64,000 nt of DNA from an uncultured delta proteobacterium. Its GTDB lineage: Bacteria; Desulfobacterota; BSN033; UBA1163. Shown here piece after piece: positions 1-11,587 of this stretch; position 1 is the stretch's first letter; each line of letters starts with the position of its first letter. The DNA is taken from positions 11,027 to 75,026 of the forward strand of contig CAWHBU010000008.1 of the NCBI GenBank assembly GCA_963827685.1, in the 5' to 3' direction. Both the position numbers and the translations under genes were made by a program. The notes under the pieces are model-generated. The model saw only the letters and a program-made list of their open reading frames with translations, searched no databases and was not told where the DNA came from.

Positions 1-745
1 ACCCAGGTCCCCTCGGGCTATCATGATGCCGTCAGCAGCATCGAGAATGAAATCTATCTGGTCGAGAGCTCTGGAGCGTTCAATCTTGGCTATGATGAAG
101 GGACTAAAACCGAGAGCAGTGGCTGCGTTGCGGACAGCCGCAATATCTGCTCCTGACTCGACAAAGGACTGGCTGACCGCGTCCACCCCTTGTTCCAAGG
201 CGAATTTCAGGAACTGGTAGTCACGATCGGTAAAGGCATTGATGCCGAGATCGATACCCGGCAAGTTGAGCCCTTTGCGAGAGCGAAGTTCGCCGCCCAC
301 CAATACTCGACACCTGACGTCCTTACCTTCGATCTTTACGGCTTCGAGCTGAATGAAGCCGTCATTCAAGAACAGAGTATCCCCTGGCTTTACAGCTTGG
401 GGAAGGCGACCAAAATTCACCGACACCCTGCTGGCATCGCCCACAATCTCCTCCGTCGTGAGGGTGAAGGCATCACCCGGCTTCAACTCGATCGGCTCCT
501 TGGCCAGTTCGCCAATGCGCATCTTAGGCCGGGCAGGTCAGCCATGATGGCCAATCGTCGTCCAGCTACATCGGCCGCTGCGCGGAGATTTTCGATCACT
601 TTCTGGTGACTCGTAAAATCGCCATGTGCGAAATTGATTCGGGCCACATTCATCCCGCTTGAATCATCTGCTCCATAACGCCGGGCGAATCGGAAGCCGG
701 CCCGATGGTACAAACGATCTTTGTCTTGTTAGTTGGAAGTTTCAT
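1..745 (-). CDS. pyk: Pyruvate kinase, N-terminal part (runs off window start; two apparent frameshifts near 655 and 527)
   Basis: Manual translation: MKLPTNKTKIVCTIGPAS / MNVARINFAHGD / IMADLPG / KGLNLPG / IIAKIE / DGIMIARGDLG, all pyruvate kinase motifs. Confidence 0.9.
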
Positions 746-801
746 AATCCATACCTTTCTCAAATCTGTTTTCCTTCCATTCTTATCCTCCCAACCGCCT
801 T

Positions 802-1020
802 TCATTCAGCATTCGTTGCCGCATTTCTCGATCGATGATTCCCTATGTCTCCCCGATAAGCGTGAGGAATAAACATTACTAATGTTGACCCCCCTGTAAT
901 TGCAACCTTTCCGTCCACGATTAAAATCTTCAGATGGTCGCGTTGGTTCAACATCCATCTTTTCCCACGTATTTTCGAACGATTAATCGGATTAAATTCA
1001 AGTGCCTGAATCCCGCCGCC
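802..1020 (-). pseudogene. Fragment of phospholipase D/cardiolipin synthase
   Basis: EFNPIN...NQRDHLKILIVDGKVAITGG is one HKD motif; the rest of the gene is absent. Confidence 0.7.
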
Positions 1021-1243
1021 GTGCGCGGTCGGATGCAGGAAGAACGCTGGAACAAAGCCAACACCGCTCCGACCGAAAAACCACCGCAACATACTCTATT
1101 CCCTTTTTGCACCAATGCTCGACCACGACCATGCCGGCCAAAATCCGCTCCGGCGGGCCACAGCAAAACTCTTAGGCGCGCAGGCGCGAAGCGGGTTTGG
1201 CCGATATGGCCCGCCATGGGCAAATCTGCGCGCTTCGCGAAGG

Positions 1244-1450
1244 CTATTTTTTATTGGCGTCTTTTGCCGCATCCTCGATTTTCTCACCAGCCTTTTCGAT
1301 CTGCTGCCCGGCTTTTTCTACCGCCTTATCGATTTGCTTGCCGGCGCGCTCCACGGGGCCCTCTTTCTTCTGGCAGCAGAATAGCCCTGCAATCAGAGCA
1401 CTCATTACTAATGCCGCCATGACACTCTTACCCAGTTTTATCATTTGCAT
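1244..1450 (-). CDS. Small lipoprotein with Lys/Ala-rich amphipathic repeats
   Basis: Signal peptide, Cys, then QKKEGPVERAGKQIDKAVEKAGQQIEKAGEKIEDAAK; AAGGAG RBS. Confidence 0.75.
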   Translation of the reverse strand: MQMIKLGKSVMAALVMSALIAGLFCCQKKEGPVERAGKQIDKAVEKAGQQIEKAGEKIEDAAKDANKK

Positions 1451-1689
1451 CTCCTTTAGCGGGTGGATGAACATGTCTTGAATCTTGCGCCCGAGGGGAT
1501 GAGCGCCCGATCGAAGAACCAGGTAATACTGAAGTCCTCTAACTTCCCTCCTGGGTGTAACAAGAACCACCTCAGACCGGACGCTCTTTTCCCTTCCGTT
1601 GGATGATGAGAGAGGTCAAAATGGAGGTGAAAGAAAGATGGACCGAAAAATCATCCCTTTCCTTCTGCGCAAATGGCGAAGTCCAGCAA

Positions 1690-1824
1690 TCAGCGGACCA
1701 ACCCGAGGATGCCAGTTATAATGAGATAGATGGCAACGATATAACTCAATAGTCTCGGGACAAGGAGAATCAATATCCCCGCGATTAGAGCAATCACTGG
1801 GTGTGCCGACATACCGAAATGCAT
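1690..1824 (-). CDS. Small membrane protein, DUF3096-like
   Basis: IALIAGILILLVPRLLSYIVAIYLIITGILGL; AAGGAGG RBS. Confidence 0.75.
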   Translation of the reverse strand: MHFGMSAHPVIALIAGILILLVPRLLSYIVAIYLIITGILGLVR

Positions 1825-2006
1825 GACATCTGGCCTCCTTTCTAAGGTCTGTATGAGCCGAGATTTCCCCAATTCATGGGCTGCGATTAGGGGCCTATCG
1901 GTTTTACCAAATCCTGTTTATGTCCCTTTCACGCGAATCAAGTCGTCTCAAAATCTCTCTTTTTTCTAGGTCGTTGGCGATGAGGACTAATTCATGTGCC
2001 CCAAAA

Positions 2007-2165
2007 CTACCTCAAATCTCGCCCCAGCAGTAACAGGATGATCAAGATCAGGAGGATCAATCCGAGTCCGCCGCTGGGATAAGGTCCCCAGGACTTACTG
2101 TGGCGCCAGGTGGGAAGAACGCCGATGAGCAGGAGGACTAAGATGACGACCAAGATGATTCCCAT
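2007..2165 (-). CDS. Small membrane protein, DUF3309-like
   Basis: LLLIGVLPTWRHSKSWGPYPSGGLGLILLILIILLLLGR family signature. Confidence 0.85.
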   Translation of the reverse strand: MGIILVVILVLLLIGVLPTWRHSKSWGPYPSGGLGLILLILIILLLLGRDLR

Positions 2166-2253
2166 GACATTTTTCTCCTTTCCTCTTTTCTGAAATCCAT
2201 GATTCGGGTCAACAGCGGCCGCCATGCTCCATCCGGGAAAGGATAACGGTCGC

Positions 2254-2568
2254 CTATTTCACGATCAGATTATTCTTTACGGATTTGACCCCTTTGACGC
2301 TCCTTGCGATTTGACCCGCTTTATCGACGGCCTGTTGAGAATTAACGAAGCCGCTCAGTTGAACGATGCCCTTGTAAGTTTCGACACTGATCTGGAATGA
2401 CTTGAGAAAATCATCTTCTGCAAGCAGAGATTTTACCTTGGTCGTGATGACCGAATCGTCAACGTATTCACCTGTACTTTCATGTGTGCGTGTCGATGCA
2501 CAGGCTGCAAAGGTGGCGATCAGCATAAGAAGCACAAAATAGTGGATAACGATATTTCTCTTTTTCAT
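2254..2568 (-). CDS. BON-domain (OsmY-like) lipoprotein
   Basis: Lipobox FAAC; GEYVDDSVITTKVKS...VETYKGIVQLSGFV...VKGVKSVKNNLIVK. Confidence 0.9.
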   Translation of the reverse strand: MKKRNIVIHYFVLLMLIATFAACASTRTHESTGEYVDDSVITTKVKSLLAEDDFLKSFQISVETYKGIVQLSGFVNSQQAVDKAGQIARSVKGVKSVKNNLIVK

Positions 2569-2720
2569 AGCGGTTACTCCTCCCTGTAAGTTTGTGGTGA
2601 AATGGTTGGTTACGAGACCTTTTCTACTGAAGGTACTAAGATTCGGCAAAATCTTTCTGGACCTGCTGACCACCTCCTTTCCAAATACCTTACCTTCTCC
2701 GGCAAGGGTCCAAATCGCTA

Positions 2721-2867
2721 CTATCTCTTCGTCCCTGAATAAGTTGGACCACTACCACGATGATGGCAATGACCAGCAGGATATGAATGAGTCCACCACC
2801 CGTATAGCCACTCAATAAATCCCAACAACCACAAAATTAAGAGAATCACACATATGGTCCAAAGCAT
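2721..2867 (-). CDS. lmo0937-family small membrane protein (frameshift near 2820)
   Basis: MLWTICVILLILWLLG, then in another frame SGYTGGGLIHILLVIAIIVVVVQLIQGRR. Confidence 0.7.
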   Translation of the reverse strand: MLWTICVILLILWLLGFIEWLYGWWTHSYPAGHCHHRGSGPTYSGTKR

Positions 2868-3070
2868 GTTCGACTCCTTTCTGAGGACAGAATTGCGTCC
2901 ATCCATTTCAATCTACTTTTGGGGGCCCTTAAGACCATGATTTTCTATAAAAATGGCCTAAAATGTATATAAGGTAATACCTGTATTTTTTCATAAGAAA
3001 TACTGTATTTTCAGGCTGGTTTTCCCTGGAGACGAGACAAGTACAACTTGCCTTTCAAACTTTAGGAATT

Positions 3071-3122
3071 AAATAACCCAAACTCAGCCGCCCGTCTTTG
3101 CGTCGGCAGGCGGTTGTTCGGT
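3071..3122 (-). other. Degenerate attC-like site
   Basis: Minus strand ACCGAAC-AACCG-CCTGCC...GCGGCTGAG-TTTGG-GTTATTT: AAC...GTT-bounded imperfect hairpin. Confidence 0.35.
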
Positions 3123-3189
3123 GCAGCAACCCTGAATGGTGTGCTCGATTGCAGAAAGGGGTCGGTAACAACTGAAAACGATATTGAGT

Positions 3190-3397
3190 AGTAAGAGGTT
3201 TACGGATCGTTTCCACGATGCCCTCAGTGTATTTTTGAGCTTTCTCAAAGGGTTCCTCTGATCGTTTGCGCTCGGCGATTTGAGCCTGCAATAGTTCGTT
3301 AGCCTCCTGGAAGCGCCGCTCCGTGGCAGCAAGTCTCGTCCGAAGCTCTTCCATCTCAGGGAGGAGGCTCCTGTTTTGTTCTGGTCTTCTTTTTATA
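3190..3397 (-). pseudogene. N-terminal fragment of a PAS sensor kinase
   Basis: Coiled coil ..QIAERKRSEE..YTEGIVETIRKPL (start of a PAS domain), then truncated. Confidence 0.55.
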
Positions 3398-3665
3398 ATA
3401 TCCCCCCGCCCTAATCGCTCTCAGATCATTAACGTTTATTCTCCACATATCATTGATTTTATAGAGAAGGTTTAAATAAATTGCAACTCGAATAAGAATC
3501 TAGCTTCTGTTGACTTTTTCATCACCATTTTTTAGAATACGACCAAAGGGTTTTCCTTACTTAATTTCTTATAATTTTTGTTTCCCAAAACGATAATTAG
3601 AAGTTCATGTCTTGAGACCAGCGATGCTCGAGAGAGGACAGACGAGCCAAGGGAGGGCCGATCAT

Positions 3666-4517
3666 ATGAGAAAAAAGCCCAAAACAAAGAAAGAACTTCT
3701 TGGCGAGATTGCAGGCCTCGGAAAAAGGCTTGAAGCCGCAGAGCAACGGTCAGAGAAGGCTGAAAATAATAGGGTTGGACGAGACACGCAGAAGAAGCAC
3801 TCATGCAATCAGAAATTGGGCGTAAGAAGGTAGAGAATGCGTTGACGGAATCCGAAACACAAGTCAAGAATCTCACTAACAAGGTCTTATTGGTTGAGGA
3901 GAGGGAGCGGAAACGGATCGCCAATGAACTCCACGATGGCATTGGACAATCCCTGAATAGCATCAAGTTTAAGGTGGAGAACATTCTCCAACAAACGAAT
4001 GTAAAAAAGGCCAAGACAAACGCCGAATCATTGGAGACCATCATTCCCATGATTCAGCAAAGTATCGAAGAAGTCCGAAGGATCGCAATGGACTTACGGC
4101 CACTGTCTTGGATGATCTGGGTATCCTAGCCACTCTTGCATGGTTCTGTCGGGAGTTTCAGAAGACTTATCCGGGCATTCATATCGAAAAAGAGACCGAT
4201 ATACAAGAGCACGAAGTGCCTGAAATTCTGAAGGCAGTAGCCTACAGAATTTCGCAGGAAGCCCTGAACAACATCCTAAAGCATAGCAAAACAAATCTGC
4301 GTCTCTCTCCTTGCGAAAAACGGACAATACGATAGAATTGGCTATCCAGGATAACGGTCGGGGATTCGATGTACAGGAAGTTCTCTCTATGGAGAGGTCC
4401 ATGCGGGGATTGGGGCTTTCCAGTATGAGAGAGCGAGCCGAGCTTTCAGGTGGGTCATTTGTTATTGAATCCGTCAGGGATAGAGGAACAGTTATCCGTG
4501 CATCATGGCCGACATAA
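3666..4517 (+). pseudogene. HisKA_3 (NarX-like) sensor histidine kinase, split by about three frameshifts
   Basis: ERERKRIANELHDGIGQSL, LRP..LDDLG, YRISQEALNNILKHS, IQDNGRGF, GLGLSSMRER lie in different frames. Confidence 0.8.
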
Positions 4518-4703
4518 ATCCAATCGATTACCTCTCCGCAATTCCCCCCCCAAGTTAAAAAAATAAAAGAACCGGTTTGTGCAATCTTTTTTTAGATACA
4601 CGCTGAATCGACAGATATTCAGGATAAGACTGCTTCTGATTGCCATGAAGATGATATTTGCCAGATGGTCAAATGATGCCCACATTTTAGGGAATGATTC
4701 CGT

Positions 4704-7225
4704 ATGAACCACAGCCAAACTCTTTTTTGGAGCGTCCCCTCTCTTGAATTGCTTCAGCAACTTCAAACCACCCCTCAAGGCTTGACGAGCGATGAGGCTC
4801 AACAACGACTCTTACGCTATGGATCCAATCTCCTGAAGCCTAAGAAGAAATCGGACGCGCTGACACTTCTGTTAGCTCAATTTAAGAGTCCGATTATTCT
4901 CATTCTTATTTTTGCAGCAGGATTATCCTTCTTCCTCCGTAATCCCATTGATGCCACGATCATCCTGGTGATTGTTTTGGTCAGCGGTTTCCTTGGATTC
5001 TGGCAGGAACGGGGAGCGGTCAATGCTGTTGAGAAGCTGTATGCAATCGTGCAGATCAGAGCGACGGTGTTTCGCAATGGAGACTCAAAAGAAGTTCCCA
5101 TCGAAGAGGTCGTCCCAGGCGATATTGTGTTCATCAAGGCAAGCGATGTCATCCCTGGAGACTGTCTTCTTCTGGAATCCAAAGACCTCTTTGTCGATGA
5201 AGCAACCTTGACAGGTGAAACCTATCCTGTCGAAAAATCAATCGGCACTTTACCGCCGGAAACACCGCTCAGCCAGCGGACAAACTCGCTCTTTATGGGA
5301 ACCCATGTGGTCAGCGGGAGTGCCACGGCGGTGGTCATCCGAACAGGGAAGGAGACCGAATTCGGAAAGGTGTCCGAACGGCTGAGACTAAGACCTCCGG
5401 AGACAGAGTTTGAGCATGGTGTCAGGCGATTTGGGTATCTCCTCATGGAGATCACGCTGGTGCTGGTGATCGCCGTCTTTGCCATCAATGTCTATTTTAC
5501 GCGACCGGTATTAGAATCTTTTCTCTTTGCACTGGCGCTTGCCGTCGGACTGACTCCAACACTCTTACCTGCGATCATCAGCATTAACCTCGCTCATGGT
5601 GCCAAGCGGATGGCCCTCGATAAGGTCATCGTAAAACGGCTGGCATCGATTGAAAACTTCGGCAGCATGAACGTGCTCTGTTCCGATAAGACCGGCACCC
5701 TGACTGAAGGATGGTGAAATTACACTCTGCCTTAAATGTGGACGGCCATGAGAGTGAAAAAGTCCTTCTCTATGCCTTTGTCAATGCTTCTTATGAAACA
5801 GGCTTCATGAATCCAATCGATGAAGCGATCCGTAAATATCGCCCATTTGATCTGTCAGGCTATAAGAAATTGGATGAGGTGCCTTACGATTTTATTCGCA
5901 AGCGATTGAGCATTTTGATTTCAAAAGGTGACACGCATCTGATGGTAACGAAAGGGGCCCTGTCAAATGTGCTCGCTGTCTGCTCTTCCGCAGAAATTGC
6001 TGAAGGAAGGATTGTGGACATCGTTACCGTGAAGGAACAGGTCCAGCAGCACTTTGAAGAGTTCGGTCGCAAAGGCTTTCGTACTCTGGGAGTGGCTTAC
6101 AAGGATGTTGGCTCCGACACGGTCATCACCAGGGAGCAAGAAGCCGACATCACTTTTTTGGGATTTCTGATTCTTTTTGATCCGCCCAAGCCCGGAATCA
6201 TCGAAACCATCAGAGAGCTGAAACATCTCGGCGTTTCATTGAAGATCATCACCGGAGATAACCGGCTGCTTGCCGCCAATGTCAGTCAACAGGTGGAGTT
6301 ATTGAATCCCCACATCCTCACAGGTGGAGATCTTCACCAGATGAGTGATGAGGCGCTTCTCAAACGGGTCAATGAGGTGGATGTCTTCGCTGAGGTGGAG
6401 CCCAACCACAAAGAACGTATCATTCTCGCCTTGAAGAAAGCCGGGCATGTCGTCGGATACATGGGAGATGGTATCAATGACGCCTCGGCACTTCATATTG
6501 CTGATGTCGGCATCTCCGTGGATAGCGCGGTCGATGTGGCCAAAGAGGCGGCTGACATTGTACTGCTTGAAAAAGATCTCGGCGTTCTGGTACAGGGCGT
6601 ACGCGAAGGGAGGAGAACTTTTGCCAACACACTGAAATATGTGTTTATGGCGACCAGTGCGAATTTTGGAAATATGTTCAGCATGGCAGGAGCCTCCCTC
6701 TTTCTGCCTTTTCTTCCTCTTCTGCCCAAGCAGATTCTACTGACCAATTTGCTGACAGACTTTCCGGAGATGACCATTGCCACGGACAGTGTCGATCGTG
6801 AACTGGTTGAGAAACCTCGACGCTGGAATATCCAGTTCATAAGAAACTTTATGCTGACTTTCGGCATTCTAAGCTCGGTATTTGATTATCTTACCTTTGG
6901 TGTGCTTCTGCTTCTCCTCCATGCCACGACGGATCAATTCAGAACAGGCTGGTTTATAGAGTCTGTGATTTCAGCCTCGGTCATTGTCCTCGTTATTCGC
7001 ACCCGGAGGTCTTTCTTCAGAAGTAAACCCGGGAAGTATCTGCTGATAGCCACTCTGCTGATTGTTGCTGTGACGACCCTATTTCCGTTCACGCCGCTTG
7101 CAGGACTTTTAGGTTTTCAACCGTTGCCAATGACTATCCTTCTGGTCATCGGCATGATTGTGGTGCTTTATATTATTGCAGCAGAAATAACAAAAAGGTC
7201 CTTTTACAAAAGAGTAAATTTTTAA
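4704..7225 (+). CDS. mgtA: Magnesium-translocating P-type ATPase (one-base frameshift near 5710 splits it into ORFs 4704-5717 and 5711-7225)
   Basis: LTGET, CSDKTGTLTEG, VPYDFIRKRLS, ITGDN, MGDGINDA and TSANFGNMFS (MgtA-type) motifs. Confidence 0.9.
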
Positions 7226-7250
7226 AAAGGTACCAGCAGATTATAAAAAG

Positions 7251-7541
7251 GAGCATATTATAGTTTGCATTAGCCCCAGCAGGTCATTGCGAGGAGCGAC
7301 AGCGGTTGCGAGGCGCAGTCGAAGCAAACTCGGAGATTCCTCGCTCCGCTTGGAACAAGCTCCGCAATCTCAAAACGAGATTGCCACGCTTGCGCGCCGG
7401 AGCGCTTCAGCGCGCAGGCACGCCTGCGTGCCGTAACTTTTTTTTGCACTATAGTCAAGACAAGCACTCCGGCGTGCAGGCACGCCCTTTGGGCTCACAA
7501 TGACAACTTTTATCGTTCCGAATCTAAACTATTTTATGCTC
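7251..7541. repeat. Nested palindromic REP/MITE-like elements
   Basis: Outer inverted repeat GAGCATA.. (17/21 match); inner GTCATTGCGAG...CTCACAATGAC (7283-7504); innermost CCTGCGTGCCG...CGGCGTGCAGG. Confidence 0.65.
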
Positions 7542-7581
7542 TCGGTAATAATTCATTTTATCCCATAGGGGGAGGAGTTAA

Positions 7582-9069
7582 ATGGACCGTGATCATAGAA
7601 GACATCGAGCAGATCTCAAGGCCATTGCTCGCCGGGCAATGATCGACCGCGGCCTGCTGCCAGATTTCTCGGATGCGGTGAAGGGAGAAGTTGGGAGAAT
7701 CAAATCCCCTGCTATTGATAACGATCCTCGAATTCGCGATCTGAGGGGTTTGCTTTGGGCCTCGATCGACAACGACAACTCCGAAGACCTGGATCAGCTT
7801 ACAGTGGCGGAACCGCTGTCGGGTGGAGCGGTGAAAATATTGGTTGCAATCGCTGATGTCGACGCTATCGTAAAGAAAGAAACGGCCATCGACGGCCACG
7901 CCAAGTACAACACAACTTCCGTCTACACCGCTGCGCAAATCTTCTCGATGTTACCCGAGACGCTGTCCACCGATCTTACATCTCTTCGTCAAGACGAAGA
8001 ACGATCGGCAATTATCATCGAGATCGTCATCGGTGAGGAGTCTTCAATTGCCAAATGGGATCTCTACCGAGCCGTTGTTTGTAACCGCGCAAAGCTCACC
8101 TATAATGGTGTTGCCGCATGGCTTGAAGGCAAAGGGCCTGCTCCGGAGCGGGTCGCGGCGCTGCCTGGCCTTGACCAACAGATCCGCATTCAGGATGAAG
8201 TTGCCCAGAGATTGAAGAATCTCCGAGTTCACTGCGGCGCTCTTCAGCTCGAAACCATTGAAGCGAGGCCGGTGTTTAAGGGAGACTCCCTAACCGATCT
8301 GGAAGTGGAGAGGACCAATCAGGCCAAAGAGTTGATAGAAAACTTTATGATCGTGGCGAATGAGGTGACAGCAAGATATCTTGAAGCCAAAAGGTTTCCG
8401 TCTCTTCGCCGCGTCCTCCGCTCCCCGGAGCGTTGGACGCGAATCGTCGAGCTGGCGTCAAGTCTGGGCGGGCATCTGCCCCCGGAGCCCGACTCAGGTG
8501 CACTGGAAGAGTTTCTGTCGAAGCAGAAGAAGGCCGACCCGATTCGATTTCCTGATCTTTCCCTCAGCGTGGTCAAGCTGATGGGTTCAGGGGAATATGT
8601 GGTTGATCTCCCCGGCGATACATCCCCCGGCCACTTTGGGCTTGCTGTCAAGGATTATACTCATTCCACTGCCCCCAACCGGCGATTTCCAGATCTTATC
8701 ACCCAGAGGCTTATCAAGGCAGCCATGGCAGAGCAGCCGGTTCCTTACAGCAAAGATGAGTTGACAGGGCTCGCTCAACACTGTACGCAAAAGGAGGATG
8801 ATGCCAACAAGGTTGAGCGGCTGGTGAGAAAGTCAGCTGCCGCCTTGCTCCTGGAATCAAGTATCGGGCAGCGGTTCGATGGCATCGTTACGGGCGCCTC
8901 AGAAAAAGGAACGTGGGTTCGCCTCTTTCACCCGCCGGTCGAAGGAAAGCTGATGCGAGGATTTGAAGGTCTTGATGTCGGAGATCGAGTTCGCGTTCAG
9001 CTCATCGGGACTGATGTAGAACGAGGATTCATCGACTTTGCCCGAGTAGAAAGAGGGCAGGGGAATTGA
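7582..9069 (+). CDS. RNB-domain exoribonuclease (RNase II/R family)
   Basis: SIDNDNSEDLDQ, VAIADV, LIENFMIVAN, HFGLAVKDYTHSTAPNRRFPDL; C-terminal S1-like region. Confidence 0.92.
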   Translation: MDRDHRRHRADLKAIARRAMIDRGLLPDFSDAVKGEVGRIKSPAIDNDPRIRDLRGLLWASIDNDNSEDLDQLTVAEPLSGGAVKILVAIADVDAIVKKETAIDGHAKYNTTSVYTAAQIFSMLPETLSTDLTSLRQDEERSAIIIEIVIGEESSIAKWDLYRAVVCNRAKLTYNGVAAWLEGKGPAPERVAALPGLDQQIRIQDEVAQRLKNLRVHCGALQLETIEARPVFKGDSLTDLEVERTNQAKELIENFMIVANEVTARYLEAKRFPSLRRVLRSPERWTRIVELASSLGGHLPPEPDSGALEEFLSKQKKADPIRFPDLSLSVVKLMGSGEYVVDLPGDTSPGHFGLAVKDYTHSTAPNRRFPDLITQRLIKAAMAEQPVPYSKDELTGLAQHCTQKEDDANKVERLVRKSAAALLLESSIGQRFDGIVTGASEKGTWVRLFHPPVEGKLMRGFEGLDVGDRVRVQLIGTDVERGFIDFARVERGQGN

Positions 9070-9291
9070 GATTCGCCTGTCCCAGCACGGGGATAGATCA
9101 TTCTAATAATAGAAATTTATGATTTTATGGACGTCCTCCTTGTCCACCAAACTGCGGTGATTGTCGTTCGGCCAAGTGTGTTTAACCATTACGTCTGCTC
9201 GTTTAAGAAAGCCGGAACAATCTGGTCTTGATTATCCAGGGGGTAGAATTGTATAAGAATAATACGATAATGTTCATAGATAATAGCATCA

Positions 9292-9606
9292 ATGAAAGGA
9301 GAAGCTAAAATGCAAGCCTCATCCTTAGCAGAAGAAATGAGAAAGGAGATACTTTCTCGTCTTAAAAAGATTGAAGGACAGGCACGTGGAATCCGGGGGA
9401 TGGTGGAAAAAGACGGTAATTGTACCGATATTCTCATCCAGATTTCAGCCCTTTCCTCTGCGGCCCGAAGACTGGGGATGGTCATCATGGAGGGGTGCAT
9501 GCGAGATTGTGCCTCTTCCATCCCGAGCATGCGTGACGAGGTAGATGTAAAGGAGAAGGTCGACAATATGGCCAAAGCCATCTATCGGTTCATCAACATG
9601 AAATGA
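9292..9606 (+). CDS. CsoR/RcnR-family metal-sensitive transcriptional regulator
   Basis: RLKKIEGQARGIRGMVEKDGNCTDILIQISA signature. Confidence 0.88.
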   Translation: MKGEAKMQASSLAEEMRKEILSRLKKIEGQARGIRGMVEKDGNCTDILIQISALSSAARRLGMVIMEGCMRDCASSIPSMRDEVDVKEKVDNMAKAIYRFINMK

Positions 9607-9741
9607 AGCTCAAGTTGCGTTCGGTTTGATGGCGCAATAGGGGGGAACAGCAATGGGTGAACACTTAGCGACAAAGGGAGAATGCAACAGGATCGCATCT
9701 TGAGATGTTATGAATTTGCCTGAGCCCTGTGTCTTTCGCCA

Positions 9742-9824
9742 TTGATGTCGGAGATCGAGTTCGCGTTGAGCTCATAGGGACTGATGTAGAACGAGGATTC
9801 ATCGACTTTGGGAGAGCAGGATGA
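9742..9824 (+). repeat. Second copy of the RNB gene 3' end with an alternative stop
   Basis: Near-identical to 8972-9040, ending IDFGRAG*. Confidence 0.85.
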
Positions 9825-9834
9825 AGAGAGGGGG

Positions 9835-9902
9835 GAAGGCGGATTATTTGTAATTGTCTTGAACGATACTTAATCTGACAGACACTGTCAAATTACCTCT
9901 TG
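9835..9902 (-). promoter_or_regulatory. Repeat family F, copy 1: sigma70-like promoter with palindromic operator over -35
   Basis: TTGACA (9886-9891) -17 bp- TATCGT (9863-9868); TGACAG-N3-CTGTCA palindrome; second copy at 46942-47011. Confidence 0.55.
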
Positions 9903-10102
9903 ATTAAAGATTGTACCTACAAAGAGTGATCATCATGCCCTATTAAGAGTTGTCGATTTGCGATTGGAAGAGAGAGCGCAAAGCGAAGAAGTGGAGTCAT
10001 GGCAAAACGGTCAACCTGTCAGCTCCGGCAAATTGCTAGGACGAATCAGTATTAGGTTTTTCAAATAAGGGCAAATCCCAATGACCCATTTGGGACACAA
10101 AA

Positions 10103-11587
10103 TCAAGCAGGCAATGTAACCGTAAATGTTGTATCTTTACCGATCTCGGATTTCAAGTCAATTTGCCCACCGTAAGCACTTACGAGACGTTTAACAAGTG
10201 CGAGGCCTAAGCCGGCACCTTCTACGTTTCCAGTAAAGAATTTTTCTATCTGGTAGAATTTTTCGAATACTTTCCCTTGGTCCTCGGCAGGTATACCGCG
10301 TCCATTATCGTAGATTGAAATCTCGAGCTCTTGCGCGGATTTCTTGACAGAGATGCTGATTTTAATAACTTCCTTATCGTTAAACTTAATTGCATTTTCG
10401 ACGAGATTTTTCATGATCATGTCCATATGGGATTTATTTATACGGACGATATAACCTTGATCGGGGCAATCAATTTTCAATTCTGTTTTTTTATCCTTTA
10501 TTCCTTCGATCATGGGATTGACAAGGAGAGGCAGATAATCACACAGCACGATCTCCTCCTTCTGTAGATCAAGCTTCATCGTATTCAATTCCGTGAACTT
10601 TAATAGTCCGTCAATCAAAGTTGTATGTAAACGCGCCTGTCTTAAAACAGACTCTATATATTTTTTCTGTTTGTCATTAAGTGGACCGCAAATATTTTCT
10701 TTCTGAAGTATGGATGCACTTTGAGTGATGACGGTAAGAGGCGTGCGCAGCTTATGCGACATGAGGCCTAAGAAATCCTGCTTCATTAGCTCTTCTGTGC
10801 GCGTATCCGTTACATCGCGTATCGTCATGATGATATTCGAGACTTTCTCTTGGGCATCTTTTAATACATCCAAACTTGCCTCTAAATATAATGCTTTGAA
10901 TTGTTCTGTCTCCTCTCTGATGACATCAAAAGCTTTATGCGACCGGGAAACATCAATCATTTCTTCCTTTGGGATTGAAACAGAATAATTTAGAAAAATA
11001 AAATCGACTAAATTAATGGTTTCCGGGTCGGTAATATTTAAGTACTTCTGGGCAGATGAATTAATCGCCGCTATTTTCCAATCGGCCGTACAGACCACGA
11101 CTCCATCGCCCATCTCTTGAATAACCCTATCGAACTTTTGCCTTTCAGCTTCCTCTTTCACCCTTTGTAATTCTTTCAATTCGCGCCGCTGACGCTGGAG
11201 TTCCAGATGGGCACTGACCCGGGCGTTCACCTCTTCAAACTGGAACGGCTTGGTCACGTAGTCCACGCCGCCGGTACCGAAGGCCCTGACCTTGTCCATC
11301 GTCTCGTTCAGAGCGCTAATGAAAATGACCGAGATCTCTTTCAGTTTTTCGTCTTTCTTCAGCCGCTCGCATACCTCATAACCATCCATTTCCGGCATCA
11401 TGATATCGAGAAGGATAAGGTCGGGCGGGTCGTTTTTCGCCGCCTGCAGGGCGAGTTTTCCGCTCGGCACCGGCCGGACCCTATATCCCCGTTCCTTAAG
11501 CATCCCGGTCAGCAATTGGAGATTCGCCGGTGTGTCATCGACGACGATGATATTCGGTACGTCCTCACGACTCGTTCGTTGTTCCAT
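10103..11587 (-). CDS. Receiver-PAS-histidine kinase hybrid
   Basis: [19 protein letters not shown] receiver; SHKLRTPL H-box; NAIKF, DNGRGI, GAGLGL. Confidence 0.9.
   Translation of the reverse strand: MEQRTSREDVPNIIVVDDTPANLQLLTGMLKERGYRVRPVPSGKLALQAAKNDPPDLILLDIMMPEMDGYEVCERLKKDEKLKEISVIFISALNETMDKVRAFGTGGVDYVTKPFQFEEVNARVSAHLELQRQRRELKELQRVKEEAERQKFDRVIQEMGDGVVVCTADWKIAAINSSAQKYLNITDPETINLVDFIFLNYSVSIPKEEMIDVSRSHKAFDVIREETEQFKALYLEASLDVLKDAQEKVSNIIMTIRDVTDTRTEELMKQDFLGLMSHKLRTPLTVITQSASILQKENICGPLNDKQKKYIESVLRQARLHTTLIDGLLKFTELNTMKLDLQKEEIVLCDYLPLLVNPMIEGIKDKKTELKIDCPDQGYIVRINKSHMDMIMKNLVENAIKFNDKEVIKISISVKKSAQELEISIYDNGRGIPAEDQGKVFEKFYQIEKFFTGNVEGAGLGLALVKRLVSAYGGQIDLKSEIGKDTTFTVTLPA

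Noticed and set aside
5700-5720. Programmed frameshift in mgtA
   Set aside because: No slippery sequence; looks like a single missing base, as in neighbouring genes.
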